From: Octopus bimaculoides
Lineage: Eukaryota
Assembly (NCBI RefSeq): GCF_001194135.2
Contig: NC_068981.1
Coordinates: 41,741,752 to 41,805,751 of the forward strand
Reading direction: 5' to 3'
DNA length: 64,000 nt
This document shows, in pieces, positions 1 through 12,825 of this stretch (positions are counted from its first letter, which is position 1; each line of letters starts with the position of its first letter). Both the position numbers and the translations under genes were made by a program. The notes below the pieces were generated by a model. The model searched no databases. It was not told the DNA's origin and worked only from the letters and a program-made list of their open reading frames with translations.

Positions 1-94
1 GGTCTCCTATGAGAGCAAAATGTTAGTTCATCATCTGCTGTATGTCAAACGATAATCTCCAATGTATAGAATTGCTCTTTCAATGTATGGAACG

Positions 95-153
<59 letters not shown>

Positions 154-157
154 TAAT
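95..157. repeat. (AAT)n microsatellite
   Basis: Read directly. Confidence 0.95.
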
Positions 158-204
158 GACATTGACTCTTTAGTATTGTAGCATCACTACTGACGGATTA
201 GTTC

Positions 205-580
205 TCATGCATGACTGTGTGTTTAAGAAGCTCGCTTGCAACCACTAGTTTCGAGTTCAGTTCCACTGTGTCGCATGCTGGACAAGTGTCTTCTGCTATA
301 GCCTTGGGTTAACCAATGTTTTGTGAATGAATTTGGTAGATGGCAACTGTATGGAAGCCCGACGTATATATTATATGCGTATATTTGTGTTTCTCCCCGC
401 ACAGCTTGACAACCGATGTTGGTTTGTTTACGTGCCCGTAAATTAGTGGTTCAGTAAAAGAAACCGATAGAATAAGTACCATACTTTAAAAATAAGAATT
501 AGATCGATTTGTTCGACTAAAGCCTTCAAAGCGACGCCCCAGCATGGCTGTAATCCAATGAGTGAAGCAAGTAAAAGATA
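205..580 (+). mobile_element. tRNA-derived SINE family A
   Basis: B-box-like gttcagttcc head, 'gaatttggtagatggcaactg', 3' 'gatagaataagtac...ccagcatggc...gaagcaagtaaaag'. Other copies: 5322-5720(+), 7473-8060(-), 15525-15645(+), 28149-28292(-), 37495-37860(+), 43295-43470(-), 44450-44700(+), 53540-53705(-), 62130-62530(-). Confidence 0.85.
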
Positions 581-1214
581 AAACAATCAATGTTGGCAGA
601 CATCCTCCTCCAAGTTATATCCATAATAAGGATATTTGAACTAATTAGATATTAAACAATTATTAATACTTCCGCCACAAACATCGCTATACTTTAATCT
701 ACAATTAGTAGTAAATATAATACAGAGGATTAAACCTGTCTAAAGAACTGCAATTGAGTCATTCGTAACCAGCAATTAGCTTAATGAAAATTTCGTATTT
801 GATTTGTAATTTCAATCAATGAAATATTAGGTTGCTGTGAATAGTTTGACTTCTTAATGTAATCAAAGTTCTGGCAAATGCAGTGAAGTAGCGGGATCGG
901 TCGGTGACTTAGTTTTCATTTTCTCTTGTAATTATTTCATATTAGTTAGGTTGCTTATACAAATGATAAAATTTATGGAATCACTCGATCACATTTCCTC
1001 CAGTCATTGCGTCTGTGTAATAAATGAAAATATGAACTGTTTCACAAATAGCAAGCAAGCGCTGTAATCTGTCGCGTTAAGGGGTAATAAGTTCTGAAAT
1101 CCCGTAACGTGAAGTTAATTTCCTCATTGATTTTCATGTTATGAAGTGAGAATGTATTCCGACGGTTTTGTTTTGAAAATATACGAAGAAAAAACAACAC
1201 ATTCTGAACATATA

Positions 1215-1990
1215 CAGTACATTACGTATACATAACTATATTTGAACAGAATACGTTAGGGAATACAAAAATCGTCATAGGGTACGTTCTTACCACAAAA
1301 GCTGTGAGAGCTTCGTCAGATAAACTTTCTCCATGGGACACTAGCATCTAAAGCACATCATCTTCTATGACTTCTTCAAACTCTACAGCATTTGCCTGTG
1401 CTATAATACCTTTCCAAATTTAATATAGACTTTCTGCTTGTGGAAAACTTGTAAAGTCACAGATACAATCTGGCCATATATTTATCCAAGCACCAGTTGA
1501 TGTTGAAGGTTTTTTTTTCCTTCCGTGACTCAGCTATATTAACTACAACATCTACTATGTTGAACTTCTTCCAGAAGTCCCTACCTGCAGGTTTATCCAA
1601 AGTTCTTCTCAGATAATATGCCTTGAAGTTTGCTATCACGCCTTGACCTTTTGGGTGGAGCAAAGAAGTTGGCAATATATTCTACTCTCATATTATCAGA
1701 AAGATCTCTAAAGTTCATTGGATGGTCTGATACATTGTGTAAAGGGAGCAATGCTTTGTTGGAAATCTTATATCTGGACAAAAATATGTCTGTTAACAAC
1801 TCTTCGAAAATGCTCTTGGTCATGCATGCTTTCCTATCTGAACGCCAAATCAGAGGCAAATTAAACTTTGAGTAATCTTTGAAAACCCTTGGAAGGGTAC
1901 ACGACCAGAAGTTTTAAAAATTAAAATTTTAAAGTAACAAGTAGGCAAAATTAAAAAAATATAGAACCGTGCAGTCCCAAAAAGTTCGCG
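1215..1990 (-). mobile_element. Tigger/pogo (DDE_1) transposase relic
   Basis: Frameshifted ORFs 1593-1859 and 1457-1675: PLIWRSDRKACMT..IFEE, NKALLPLHNVSDHP, TSLLHPKGQGVIANFKAYYLRRT, RDFWKKFNI. Boundaries approximate. Confidence 0.85.
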
Positions 1991-3832
1991 AAATCTGCTA
2001 GTAGCCTAGCGACCTAATCCGGCTAAAGTCGCTTAATCTGACAACCATGAATCTAGAACGGTGTTGTTGATGCTGCTCACACTAACATCCTAGATCACAC
2101 TTAGAAGAACTTTCGACTGATGGACAAAGATTCAGTCACCGATTTACAACTATTTCCTTTTTCCTCTTTCTGTCCCTTCTTCATTGGATTCTGCTTATCT
2201 CCTATAATAGAATTCCTTACATTACAGGAAAAGTTTATGATCAATTGAATCGTTTTTAATACTTGACTACATATGTTTATTATATGAACCTTGGATGGAT
2301 GGCTGTCAAAACCAAAGCCGGTAGAATCTGAAATAGGAACATAAAGGAACGGAACTAAATATTATAGTGCACTTTGTCCAACGCTCTGCTGTTTTTACCA
2401 TGTTGATAATTGTAAATCATCAGAAGATTCGATTCTTTTACACTGCAGTAATTTCTATTTCGCCGAAGAGGTCTAGTAAGATCGAAAGATCCAAAGAGAC
2501 CCACAATCTCACCTCCTTCTCAGGTGCCATATTAAATATTTGACCCAATCCTACTGTCACAGGACTCCGGATATTTATACAGAACATCAACCACATCGAC
2601 CTTCCCAGACAGTGGTGTCGGACACTACAGTTCTACATTTGATTAACTTACAAAAGTGAGCTATAGTTGTCACCATAACGATGATGATGACGACGACGAC
2701 GATGATGACGACGACGATGATGATGACGACGACGACGATGATTATGATGAACCTTAATTAATGCGTAATATGCCTGAAATTTTGAGTAGAGGAATTAGTC
2801 GATAAAATCGACCCCCAATACTTGGCTGCTGATTCATTTCATCGACACCGAAAAAATAAAAAGTGAAGGTGACTTAGGCAGGATTTGAACTCAGAACATA
2901 AGGCGCCGCAACAACTACAGAGGCTGTGCCAATTCACCACTATAATAATACCTAACATACGCACAAGGCTATGAGTTTGGAAAGAGGGATTTAATTGATT
3001 AGATTGATTCCAGTACTTAGCTGGTACTTTATTTTCAAACACCAGAAGGATGAAAGGCAAGTTTACTTCAGCGGAATTTAAACTCACGGCGTAAAATGCC
3101 ATAATTAAATTCTAGATAATTACATTATTGGAAAAGTCTATGGTCAATTAAATCGCTCTTAATATTTGATTATATCTGTTTATTATATGAGCCTTTGCTT
3201 ACACACAGGTATATACAGTAAGTTTTAAGAATTAAGGAGAGTGGTGACCGTGATGAGGACGATGATGATGATGAGGAGGAGGAGGGGGAGGAGGAGGAGG
3301 ATAGTAAGTAACGTATTTACCCGAGAACAATATAATGTCGAATATAATGCGACAGTCTCCTGCTTCTTGTATTATAAGAATCAGCGATATATATTTCATC
3401 CGCTTCTTTTCTTTTTTTTTTTATACACGATTAAGCTACTCCTCTTCCATTATTTCTGATCCTGTTCTCTATCAAAACCAGAATCTGAAATCGGAACGTA
3501 AGGGAATGGAACTAAATATTATTGTGCATTTTGTCCGTCTCTGTCGTTTTTGTCATGTTGGTAATTGTAAGTCACCAGAAAATTCGGTTCATTCACACTG
3601 CAGTAATTTGTGCTTAGCTGAGGATGTCTAGTAAGATCGAAACATGTCTAGAATAGTCTTTCGTACATGTTGAAATGCTTAAATAGTATCTCATTAAGAT
3701 AATGGTATCTTTCTCGTTGCATAGATTTTTTTCTAATTAGATATATGACGCTCACTATATTTAATATGTCAACATTTAACAATTGCCGGTGCGTTAAAAA
3801 TGCTTTCTTCAAAGCTATACTGTACTGTAGAG

Positions 3833-4308
3833 CAGAGGTCCCCAACCAGCGGGCTGCGAGCTGGTACCGATCCGTGGATCATTTGCTACCGGGCTGCAAA
3901 GAAATAAGCGGGGTTTTCTGCAGTGATGCTAACCAAAACAAAATTACGAAGTAGTCTAGACATAAGGAACATACTTCGAGTGTCATTGTCTCCCATCACT
4001 CCCAGATGGGACCGTCTAGTTGTAGGGAAACAAGCTCAAGGCTCCCACTGATTCTACATTATGGGGAGTTGATATTGATGTAATAATAGTGCAATGAGTA
4101 TTGTTTCAGGGAAACTAAGCACGCAAGTGTGTGGCCAGGCTGTAGCCCAGGCATGAGAGTCAAAAGATTATACACTTTTTCTTTCCTTTGAAACATTGCT
4201 CTCTTTATTGAAACGCACTTAAATCACACATATGCGCCACTACCGGACCACGGAAAGATTGTCCGGTATGAAACTGGTCTGTGGCATTAAAATGGTTGGA
4301 GACCACTG
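3833..4308 (+). mobile_element. Non-autonomous hAT-Charlie element, MER1/Charlie3-like
   Basis: TIRs CAGAGGTCCCCAACC / GGTTGGAGACCACTG; 8-bp TSD-like flanks CTGTAGAG (3825-32) / TTGCAGAG (4309-16). 3908-4051 encodes the transposase C-terminus AGFSAVMLTKTKLRSSLDIRNILRVSLSPITPRWDRLVVGKQAQGSH*. Confidence 0.9.
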
Positions 4309-4589
4309 TTGCAGAGTACTTATACATCTATAGATTTTCGTCCAACGCTATATCTATAGACAAGTGCAAGCACCCTCCTCCTGTATATAATTAGATATAT
4401 AATATATCAGTCGACAGAAAAGGAGGTGTCACCTACACTAGCTTTAGTCTTATATTGAGGTTTCAACAGTTACTCAGCACCTTCTTTCACTATCTGTGGA
4501 AACACTGCTAACAAAATTCACTATTACTAGAAGCTTAAGGATATTGTACAGACCAATTTGCATGTTTTGCATTCTTGTCTACTAGTCCG

Positions 4590-4812
4590 GTTAATAAATT
4601 ACCGGTGCGTTATATATACTACATAATATATCTATGGTTTTTTTTTTTTTTAATCAATACTGTGTATAAACACTTTTATATACCGTGAACCCATTAAACC
4701 GGATATCGGATAAACGGGTCGAAATTTAAATTAAGTGGGCAATTGTCAGTGTTAACTTCCGTCGCCATTTTTAGTGACAGTGTTATAAGGACATATAAAA
4801 TGCTCGGTGAGT
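4590..4812. promoter_or_regulatory. Candidate housekeeping-type promoter / first exon
   Basis: Local CpG cluster, ACTTCCG (ETS-like) next to CGCCATTTT (YY1-like) at ~4755-4772, then AAA ATG CTC G|GTGAGT at 4797-4812. Confidence 0.5.
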
Positions 4813-5321
4813 GGTACACGTCAACCAAATACTAAGTATTTTAATATAATCATAGATCATTATGGCAAAGTACTTCTTTTCTATGCCCTATTATGAATCA
4901 TTGTGCCAGTGGTTCTGAGATAACATTGCGTATTCCTCAATTAGTTGTATTATGGTGAAATTATGTGTACTATGCAAATGGTGAAATAATGCGAGAGTGA
5001 ATGAGAGCGAAATTTTACCAGCAGACATCCCTTTATTCACTGTTACAGTCTTCTCTAAGAAATATATCTTATCTCCCTAGCATTCTGCCTTACACTCACC
5101 CCCATCAACTGACGAGCCTCTTAATTCACCTATTATTTGACTTCATGCACACACTCCTCTGCTTTTTTTTTTTCTATCTATATTCAGCCTGCTACTTGTA
5201 TAAGACATTTTCTTATTTACTTCCACAGTTTACTCTTATAAACCTTACGTTTTTGCAGTGAGAAGTTGTATATATAAATCCATTGGAAATTTGTTAAATG
5301 AAACTGATTTTGATTACAATA

Positions 5322-5438
5322 ATGGTTCCGGGTTCAGTCCCACCGCGTGGCACCTTAGACAAGTATCTTCTTCTACAGTCTCGAGCTGACCAAAGCCTTG
5401 TGAGTGGATTTGCTAGACAGAAACTGAAAGAAGCCCGT

Positions 5439-5482
<44 letters not shown>

Positions 5483-5720
5483 AGTATGTATGTATAAATC
5501 TATGTGTGTGTCTGTGTCTGTGTCCGTCATCACTTCTTGACAACCGGTGTTGGTGTGTTTATGTCCTCGTAACTTAGCAGTTCGGCGAAAGAGAACGATA
5601 GAATAAATACTAGGCTTTAAAAAAAATAAACCCTGATGTCGATTTGTTTGACTAAAATCCTTCAAGGCGGTGCTCCAGCATGGCCGCAGTCAAATGACTG
5701 AAACCAGCAAAAGAACAAAA
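5322..5720 (+). mobile_element. SINE family A, near-complete copy
   Basis: ggttccgggttcagtcccaccgcgtggcacc...gcggtgctccagcatggccgcagtcaaatgactgaaac. Confidence 0.9.
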
Positions 5721-5904
5721 CAAATCACACCTTAACGTCTCAAAATTTTTTTTAAAAGAGGAGGAGAAAGAATTGCACATTGGGTTGTGTAGTCCTAGGT
5801 ATAATATATCTGAGAAGAGACAAGACTGTCATGGCTGCAATTCGTCTGCTCAATTAAAGCTGGCATGAGGCCAGTCAATAATCCTTTCTCCTAAAGGCAC
5901 ATGG

Positions 5905-6090
5905 CCTGAGATCTTGGGGGAAGGGACTAGTCGATTACATCGACCCCAATATTTCATAGGTACTTAATTTATCGACCCCGAAAGGATGAAAGGTAAAGTC
6001 GACCTCGGCGGAATTTGAACTCAGAATGTAATGACGGGCGAAATGCCGCTAAGCATTTTGCTCCGGCGTGCTAACGATTCTGCCAATCAA
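5905..6090 (-). mobile_element. tRNA-derived SINE family B
   Basis: gcagaatcgttagcacgccg...gagttcaaattccgccgaggtcgac...cctttcggggtcgataaattaagtacc. Other copies: 2770-2935(-), 2965-3105(-), 24665-24870(+), 35160-35400(+), 45480-45770(-), 56893-57012(+). Confidence 0.87.
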
Positions 6091-7472
6091 TAAAATAAAA
6101 CACTTTTCTTCAGTGTTCGCTGAAGCATATCAATCTACTGCATGGTTGCAGTGGTCGTATTAAAAGAGTTTTAAAATATTTTAGTAGTAGTAGTAGTAGT
6201 AGTGGAAAAAGCAGCAACAGCATCAGTAGTAGTAGTAGTAGTAGTAGTAGCAGTGGTGGTGGTGGTGGCGGCGGTGATGGTGGTTTGTGGTAGTTGTGGT
6301 GATGGTGGCGGTGGTGGTGCTGGTGCTAGTCCTCATCGTGGTCGCCGCCGTGGTTAAATTAGAGAACTACTTGAAAAGCTCTCATTGTGGATCATTATTC
6401 ATTTGATTTGATTATACTTGTTGTTTTTTAGCTCCAGGTTCAAACCCTAACTAAGCAGGTCTTGTGATCAAAGCTTACAAAGCAGTGAAGATCAGGTCAT
6501 TTCAGAGATATATGGAACGACGTTGTCTATTTAGGATGTCTCAATCAATTGTGTCAAGACACGAGAGCGTGTGATATGAGGACATTTGGCAGCTAATTCT
6601 AGAAGGTCGAGCGATCACGTAGCGGGTTCCTCATATACCAGTATCGTTGCGTTGTCGTTATTACTGCGGCTGTCGTCGTTGCTACTGCCATGAGAATCCT
6701 TAATTGTTTTCCTCTTGCACAGTGTCTATTTCCCCATTAAGGATTTCACACAATTATCCTCTTCTTCCTACTCCTACTCCTCTTCACAACCACCACCACC
6801 ACCACCACCATCCTCATCATCACTGTCACCACTCTCCTTAATTCTTAAAACTTACTGTATATACCTGTGTGTAAGCAACAAATTTAATACAAAAGAACAG
6901 GATCAAAAATAGTGGAAGAGGAGTAGCTTAATTGTGTGTAAAAAAGAAAAAAAAATTAAGCGGATAAAATATATATCGCTGATTCTTATAATACAAGAAG
7001 CAGGAGACTGTCGCATTATATTCGATATTATATTGTTCTCGGGTAAATACGTTAATTACTATGTTTAACGTCACCGAAGCTTGTGGTTTTAGGGTCTGCT
7101 TGTATCATCTGACACTTGTAGGCCTTTAGCGACATCCTTCAATCTATTGCTGGTCAGAGGCGAGGGACGATTGGATATCTTGATAATTTCCTTCCTACAT
7201 ACCTTGCGTGCTGTCACCAGGTTTGTGCAAAGTTGTAAATATGTGAAATGCAGGCTTCCAAATGTGAAATGCCGGCCTCCAAATGTGAAATGCAGGCCTC
7301 CATTTCAACTGACAACGGGCCTAGACAGATGTATAATATCGGCTTCGTTACAACTACTCATTAAGTATTTTAGCAATCAGTGCCAAATACGTGTTGTCTG
7401 AATGCCCTTAGTTTTTTGTCATAATACTATCTTGTCACTGTTTGTTTATTCTTATGTTACTTTTTTTTTTTC

Positions 7473-7696
7473 AATCTTTTATTTGTTTCAGTCATTAGAC
7501 TGCGGCTATGCTGGGGCATCGCCTTGAAGAATTATTGGTCGAACGAGTCGACCCCAGTACTTATTTCTTAAGCCTGGCACTTATTCTGTCGGTCTCATTT
7601 GTCAAACTGCTAAGTTGCGGTGACGTATTCACACTAACACCGGTTGTCAAGTGGTAGTGGCAACACACACAGAGACACAAAGACACATTCACAGAT

Positions 7697-7794
<98 letters not shown>

Positions 7795-7816
7795 AGTGAG
7801 AGAGAGAGAGAGAAAG

Positions 7817-7849
<33 letters not shown>

Positions 7850-8060
7850 CACAGACAGACAGACAGACATGTATAAATACATACATACATACGTACGTAC
7901 GAACAGACGACGAGCTTGTTTCAGTTTCCGTCTACCAAATCTATTCACAAGGCTAGGGTCGGCCCAAGAGTATAGTAGAAGACACTTGACTAAGGTGGCA
8001 TGCAGTTGGACTGAACCCGGAACCATAAAGCTGGAAAGCAAACTTCTTACTACATAGCCA
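7473..8060 (-). mobile_element. SINE family A with an expanded internal compound microsatellite
   Basis: Reverse complement of 5322-5720; (TACA)(CA)(TA)(GA)(GATA)(GACA) block at ~7695-7890. Confidence 0.88.
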
Positions 8061-9322
8061 GGGGCAGCATTTATATTTTTAACGCTGCCGGATTAAATGG
8101 TATTGCTTAGGTGTCGAAACCATAGCGATATCCGTTTGGACAGCTGATGACGGGAATGCTAGCTCGATTGTGAATTTCTTATATCTTAGTCTCGTTATTC
8201 TGGGTTGTACATCATTTTTGTTAAGTGGAAAGTTTGTGGATTCACAGTTTGTGAGGATTACTTATTTTGGTATTGTTTGATTTTCTTTATGGGTAGCTTA
8301 ATTAGGCTTGGACAAGGCTTAGATATTGATCTAATTTTAGGAGGTTCTGCGACATATGAACTACGCATGGGATTACGGGACTCTACATGAACATGCAGTG
8401 ATGTAGTGTACATGATGGTCTTAGAAGTCATAGACCGGAATGCAAGGACAGAACGATTTACAAATAACGGTAGATTCTTTACAAAAGGGTTCTCTTTTTG
8501 CTTCCAACTGGGGGACCCCATCCCTTCAAATCGAAAGTCCATGCCAAATGGTCCACCTGGCCTTCCTTCCTCAAGGGTTTATGTGATCCTATTTATTGCT
8601 GTTGTTTAGCCCCAGGTCGTTCAAAGATATTTCATCCACAACCATCCTATCAATTATTTAGACACAGTCCAACTTGGGTTACACTATCCAATGTGACTTT
8701 TGTTCTTTTTTCAAGACAGTAGAGTGTAATATGAAAGAAATTTGGTTGCTATTTCTAGCAGGTCGAGTTCCTATACAAAGGTTCCTTCAGGGAGCACAGC
8801 TAGAAGTGATTCTCCAGCGGATGCCTGTCGCTAAATATGTCAAGGTTGTGACCCTTTATGCAACGCCTTGGGAGGTTGTCTTTTTTATGGGAGCACCACT
8901 CTGCAGCCAGTGACTTCCGATTATTCACAGGGCTTGAAGTAACAGTTAGCAGCAACTATAGTTAGTGGTTTTTTTCCTTCCATTTCGGACACTGGTCTTG
9001 GAAGTCCGACAAAGGTAATTAGTGTGTTAATGTCCTTACTTTCCCTGCAGCACTTCCTGTAACTGGGGTTAAGGGAGCCTTCCTACCTGGCGTAATTGAA
9101 ACTGAAAAGCCAGTAGTAACGAGTGACTTTAAATCCTTTTAGCATCACTGCACTCTCTTTGCTTTCTATTTAAAAACACTGACCTGATAGCCTCACATGT
9201 CAATTATCCGCATTCCGCAGTTTAGGAGGACCTGACCTGCAAAAACTATGGTCATTGCTCCTTCTCGGCGAACTAAATGATAAAAATAGCAACAACGGCT
9301 ACAACAAAAAAAAAAATCTTGG

Positions 9323-9715
9323 ACATCATCATCACCACCACCACCACCACCACCACCACCACCACCACTACCAACACCGCAAACATCATCATCATCATCA
9401 TCATCATCATCGTCATCATCACNNNNNNNNNNNNNNNNNNNNNNNNNNNNNNNNNNNNNNNNNNNNNNNNNNNNNNNNNNNNNNNNNNNNNNNNNNNNNN
9501 NNNNNNNNNNNNNNNNNNNNNNNNNNNNNNNNNNNNNNNNNNNNNNNNNNNNNNNNNNNNNNNNNNNNNNNNNNNNNNNNNNNNNNNNNNNNNNNNNNNN
9601 NNNNNNNNNNNNNNNNNNNNNNNNNNNNNNNNNNNNNNNNNNNNNNNNNNNNNNNNNNNNNNNNNNNNNNNNNNNNNNNNNNNNNNNNNNNNNNNNNNNN
9701 NNNNNNNNNNNNNNN

Positions 9716-9755
<40 letters not shown>

Positions 9756-10275
9756 ATGTGTGTGTGTGTGTGTGTTTGCTGTCACCTGCATAAATGCGAA
9801 GTATACAGTGCATGCCTAAGGTACAAAATAAATGCAAAAATTAAATCCGATTTTGATATAAATTTTTGATTCTTTTTCGTGCGAAACAGCTGGAAAGATA
9901 ATTTATACTCTACTCCAATTGTATGGTTTTGATTTTTAAAGATACATGCTCTGGCTTACATATATATATATATATATACACGAGTCCGACATATTAATTA
10001 CGTTTGATGGGCTGATACAAGTTTCGCTAAGGCCACTCTAACACGCTTAATAAATTTGACACTTCATTATGAATAATACAGTGTCCCACCATCAGTGAAT
10101 GCGTTTATATTTTCTCTAATCTTTGTGTATATATTGAATAGCAACACTAAATGTGACGTGCACACACGCACACACACACACACACACATACACACACACA
10201 CACATATCACTCACTCTCTCCATCTGTGTCCTCTCTCTATCTCACCTACACAAATACTCTATTTGTATTCAGTAT

Positions 10276-10309
<34 letters not shown>

Positions 10310-10407
10310 CACCCCCCTCTCTCTCTCTCTTNNNNNNNNNNNNNNNNNNNNNNNNNNNNNNNNNNNNNNNNNNNNNNNNNNNNNNNNNNNNNNNNNNNNN
10401 NNNNNNN

Positions 10408-10452
<45 letters not shown>

Positions 10453-11585
10453 CCTCTGCAATGTTAGTAGCATTCGTGCTTAGGGGAAAAAAATTAAAAC
10501 ATCCTACAGAAACCTGTATGAAAATTCTAGAAAAGTTCAGTTGACCAGAGCGCTAGAAAAAAATTAATAAATCTTTTTAATTTCCTTAATTTTCTTTCTC
10601 AAAAATGACTCATGACATTGCGTGGTGGGGCAGAACGAGCAACAAAAGTCAGAAGGTAACATGTTTAAGAAGCGATATTAACACTAATCCAACTTATTAT
10701 CTTTATCAATAGAGCTTATGTCGTCATAATCAGGTACGAGTCCTCCAATAGAACTTTATAATTCATATTTGTTTAAGAATCATTTCCGGAGAAATTTCTA
10801 ACAAGGATAATGTACTAAGGACAGTTCAGTAGAGGCTTTCGGAACCTGTTATATCTATATATTTATCTGTCTATGTATGTATGTATGTATGTATGTATGT
10901 ATGTATGTATGATAATTATATAAATATAAAATACAGCGTACACACATATTTATGCCTGTGTATATGTGCATATAGAAATAAGTGTGTATATGTGTGTGTA
11001 CATACAAGGTAATTATATATGTATGTGTATAAAGTATGTAAATGTATGCATATTTTTATGTTTGTATGCATGTATGTGTGTATGCATGCATATATACTGC
11101 AACACTCAAATACACAACACACAGAAATACACATATAAATATATATTAAATTATATATCATTCTATTATATAATTCAAAAAATTCTATAATCATAATATA
11201 TAATATATAATTATTCAACATATTCATATAATTATATGTAAAATTATTCTGCTCGCCACGATATGTAACCTAAATCGTTAACATAATGAAACAGTTCGTG
11301 TGTTGAGCTTTAAACCACCTTAACTATAGAAATTAATCAAAGATATAATCGTAAACGTTAACATAATGAAAATAAGTTCGAATGTTACGCTGTTAAGAAC
11401 GTTAACTATGGAATGAAATAATTGACATCTTATCATTATGAAGCAGGTTAGAGTGTTATGCTATCAAAGGCGTAATTGATTTAACATAATGATGTACAGT
11501 TATGAAGAACTATAAATGTCATTATGGGTTTATGAAAACAGAAACACGAACATTTCTCAAACGTAGAATTTCAAGGGTGCCGGTA

Positions 11586-11620
<35 letters not shown>

Positions 11621-12052
11621 CGTGTGTATGTGTACATATGTATGTATGTGTGTAATTAATCCATCTGAAGATGTTATATTCAGCATGAAACTTAGAATGA
11701 AGGAAAAGTAGTAATACGTATATCTACTATACTGTAAAACATGTACTCATATAAGTCAACGTATTGAGGACCTTCATTCTGTTTATTTAGAAACATATGT
11801 ATACATGAATGGGTGGGTATTCTGTGTGTGGAGGGGGTTGTGTATGTGTGTGTGTGTGTGTGTGCGCGCGCGCGCGCGTGTGTATAAGTCGTACGGTTTA
11901 ACCCTATTACGTAGCACCTTAGCTACCTTTCGTGAACTCCACTCTGTTGCAAGTCCAATTTGAGGATACCTTCCTCTCTCCCTTCTACCAGTCTTGCGGA
12001 ACCTATGAAAGATTTTAGGCACTGCGTATTCAGCTAACACATACAAAAACAC

Positions 12053-12085
<33 letters not shown>

Positions 12086-12735
12086 GTGTATATATATGTG
12101 TATATATGTATATGTGTATATATATATATATATGTATANNNNNNNNNNNNNNNNNNNNNNNNNNNNNNNNNNNNNNNNNNNNNNNNNNNNNNNNNNNNNN
12201 NNNNNNNNNNNNNNNNNNNNNNNNNNNNNNNNNNNNNNNNNNNNNNNNNNNNNNNNNNNNNNNNNNNNNNNNNNNNNNNNNNNNNNNNNNNNNNNNNNNN
12301 NNNNNNNNNNNNNNNNNNNNNNNNNNNNNNNNNTATGTATATATATATATATATGTATATACTTATATACATACATACATGCATACATACACACACAGAT
12401 AAGAATAGACACATATATATATATGCATGCTAACACATACATTAAACAAAAATTTTCATAATAATTTCATAATAAATGTATTATTGCGTTTTACGACTAA
12501 AACTTTTGACGTCGTCATCCCAAAAGCTTCCTGGTTTGACATTATAACCAGAATCCTGAAGGGTTAATCTGAAACGCAATTAGGGAGATTTTTTGAAACA
12601 CTACTTTTTCAATCATTTTTTTCTTGTCATTTATACATAATAATTTTATACATAATTCCAGTAATAAATCTATGACGCAAAAAAGACAGAGATAAAACAT
12701 GTGAATACACACACACACACACATATATGCATATG

Positions 12736-12825
<90 letters not shown>

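Noticed and set aside
205-300. tRNA-like A/B boxes as tRNA genes
   Set aside because: These are SINE heads; no cloverleaf or anticodon arm.
6180-6350. TAG/CAG/GGT and similar triplet tracts (also 6770-6830, 14800-14900, 24870-24990) as low-complexity coding
   Set aside because: No splice context; ordinary cryptic simple repeats.
7241-7310. Short direct repeats as a CRISPR array
   Set aside because: No spacers; eukaryotic context.
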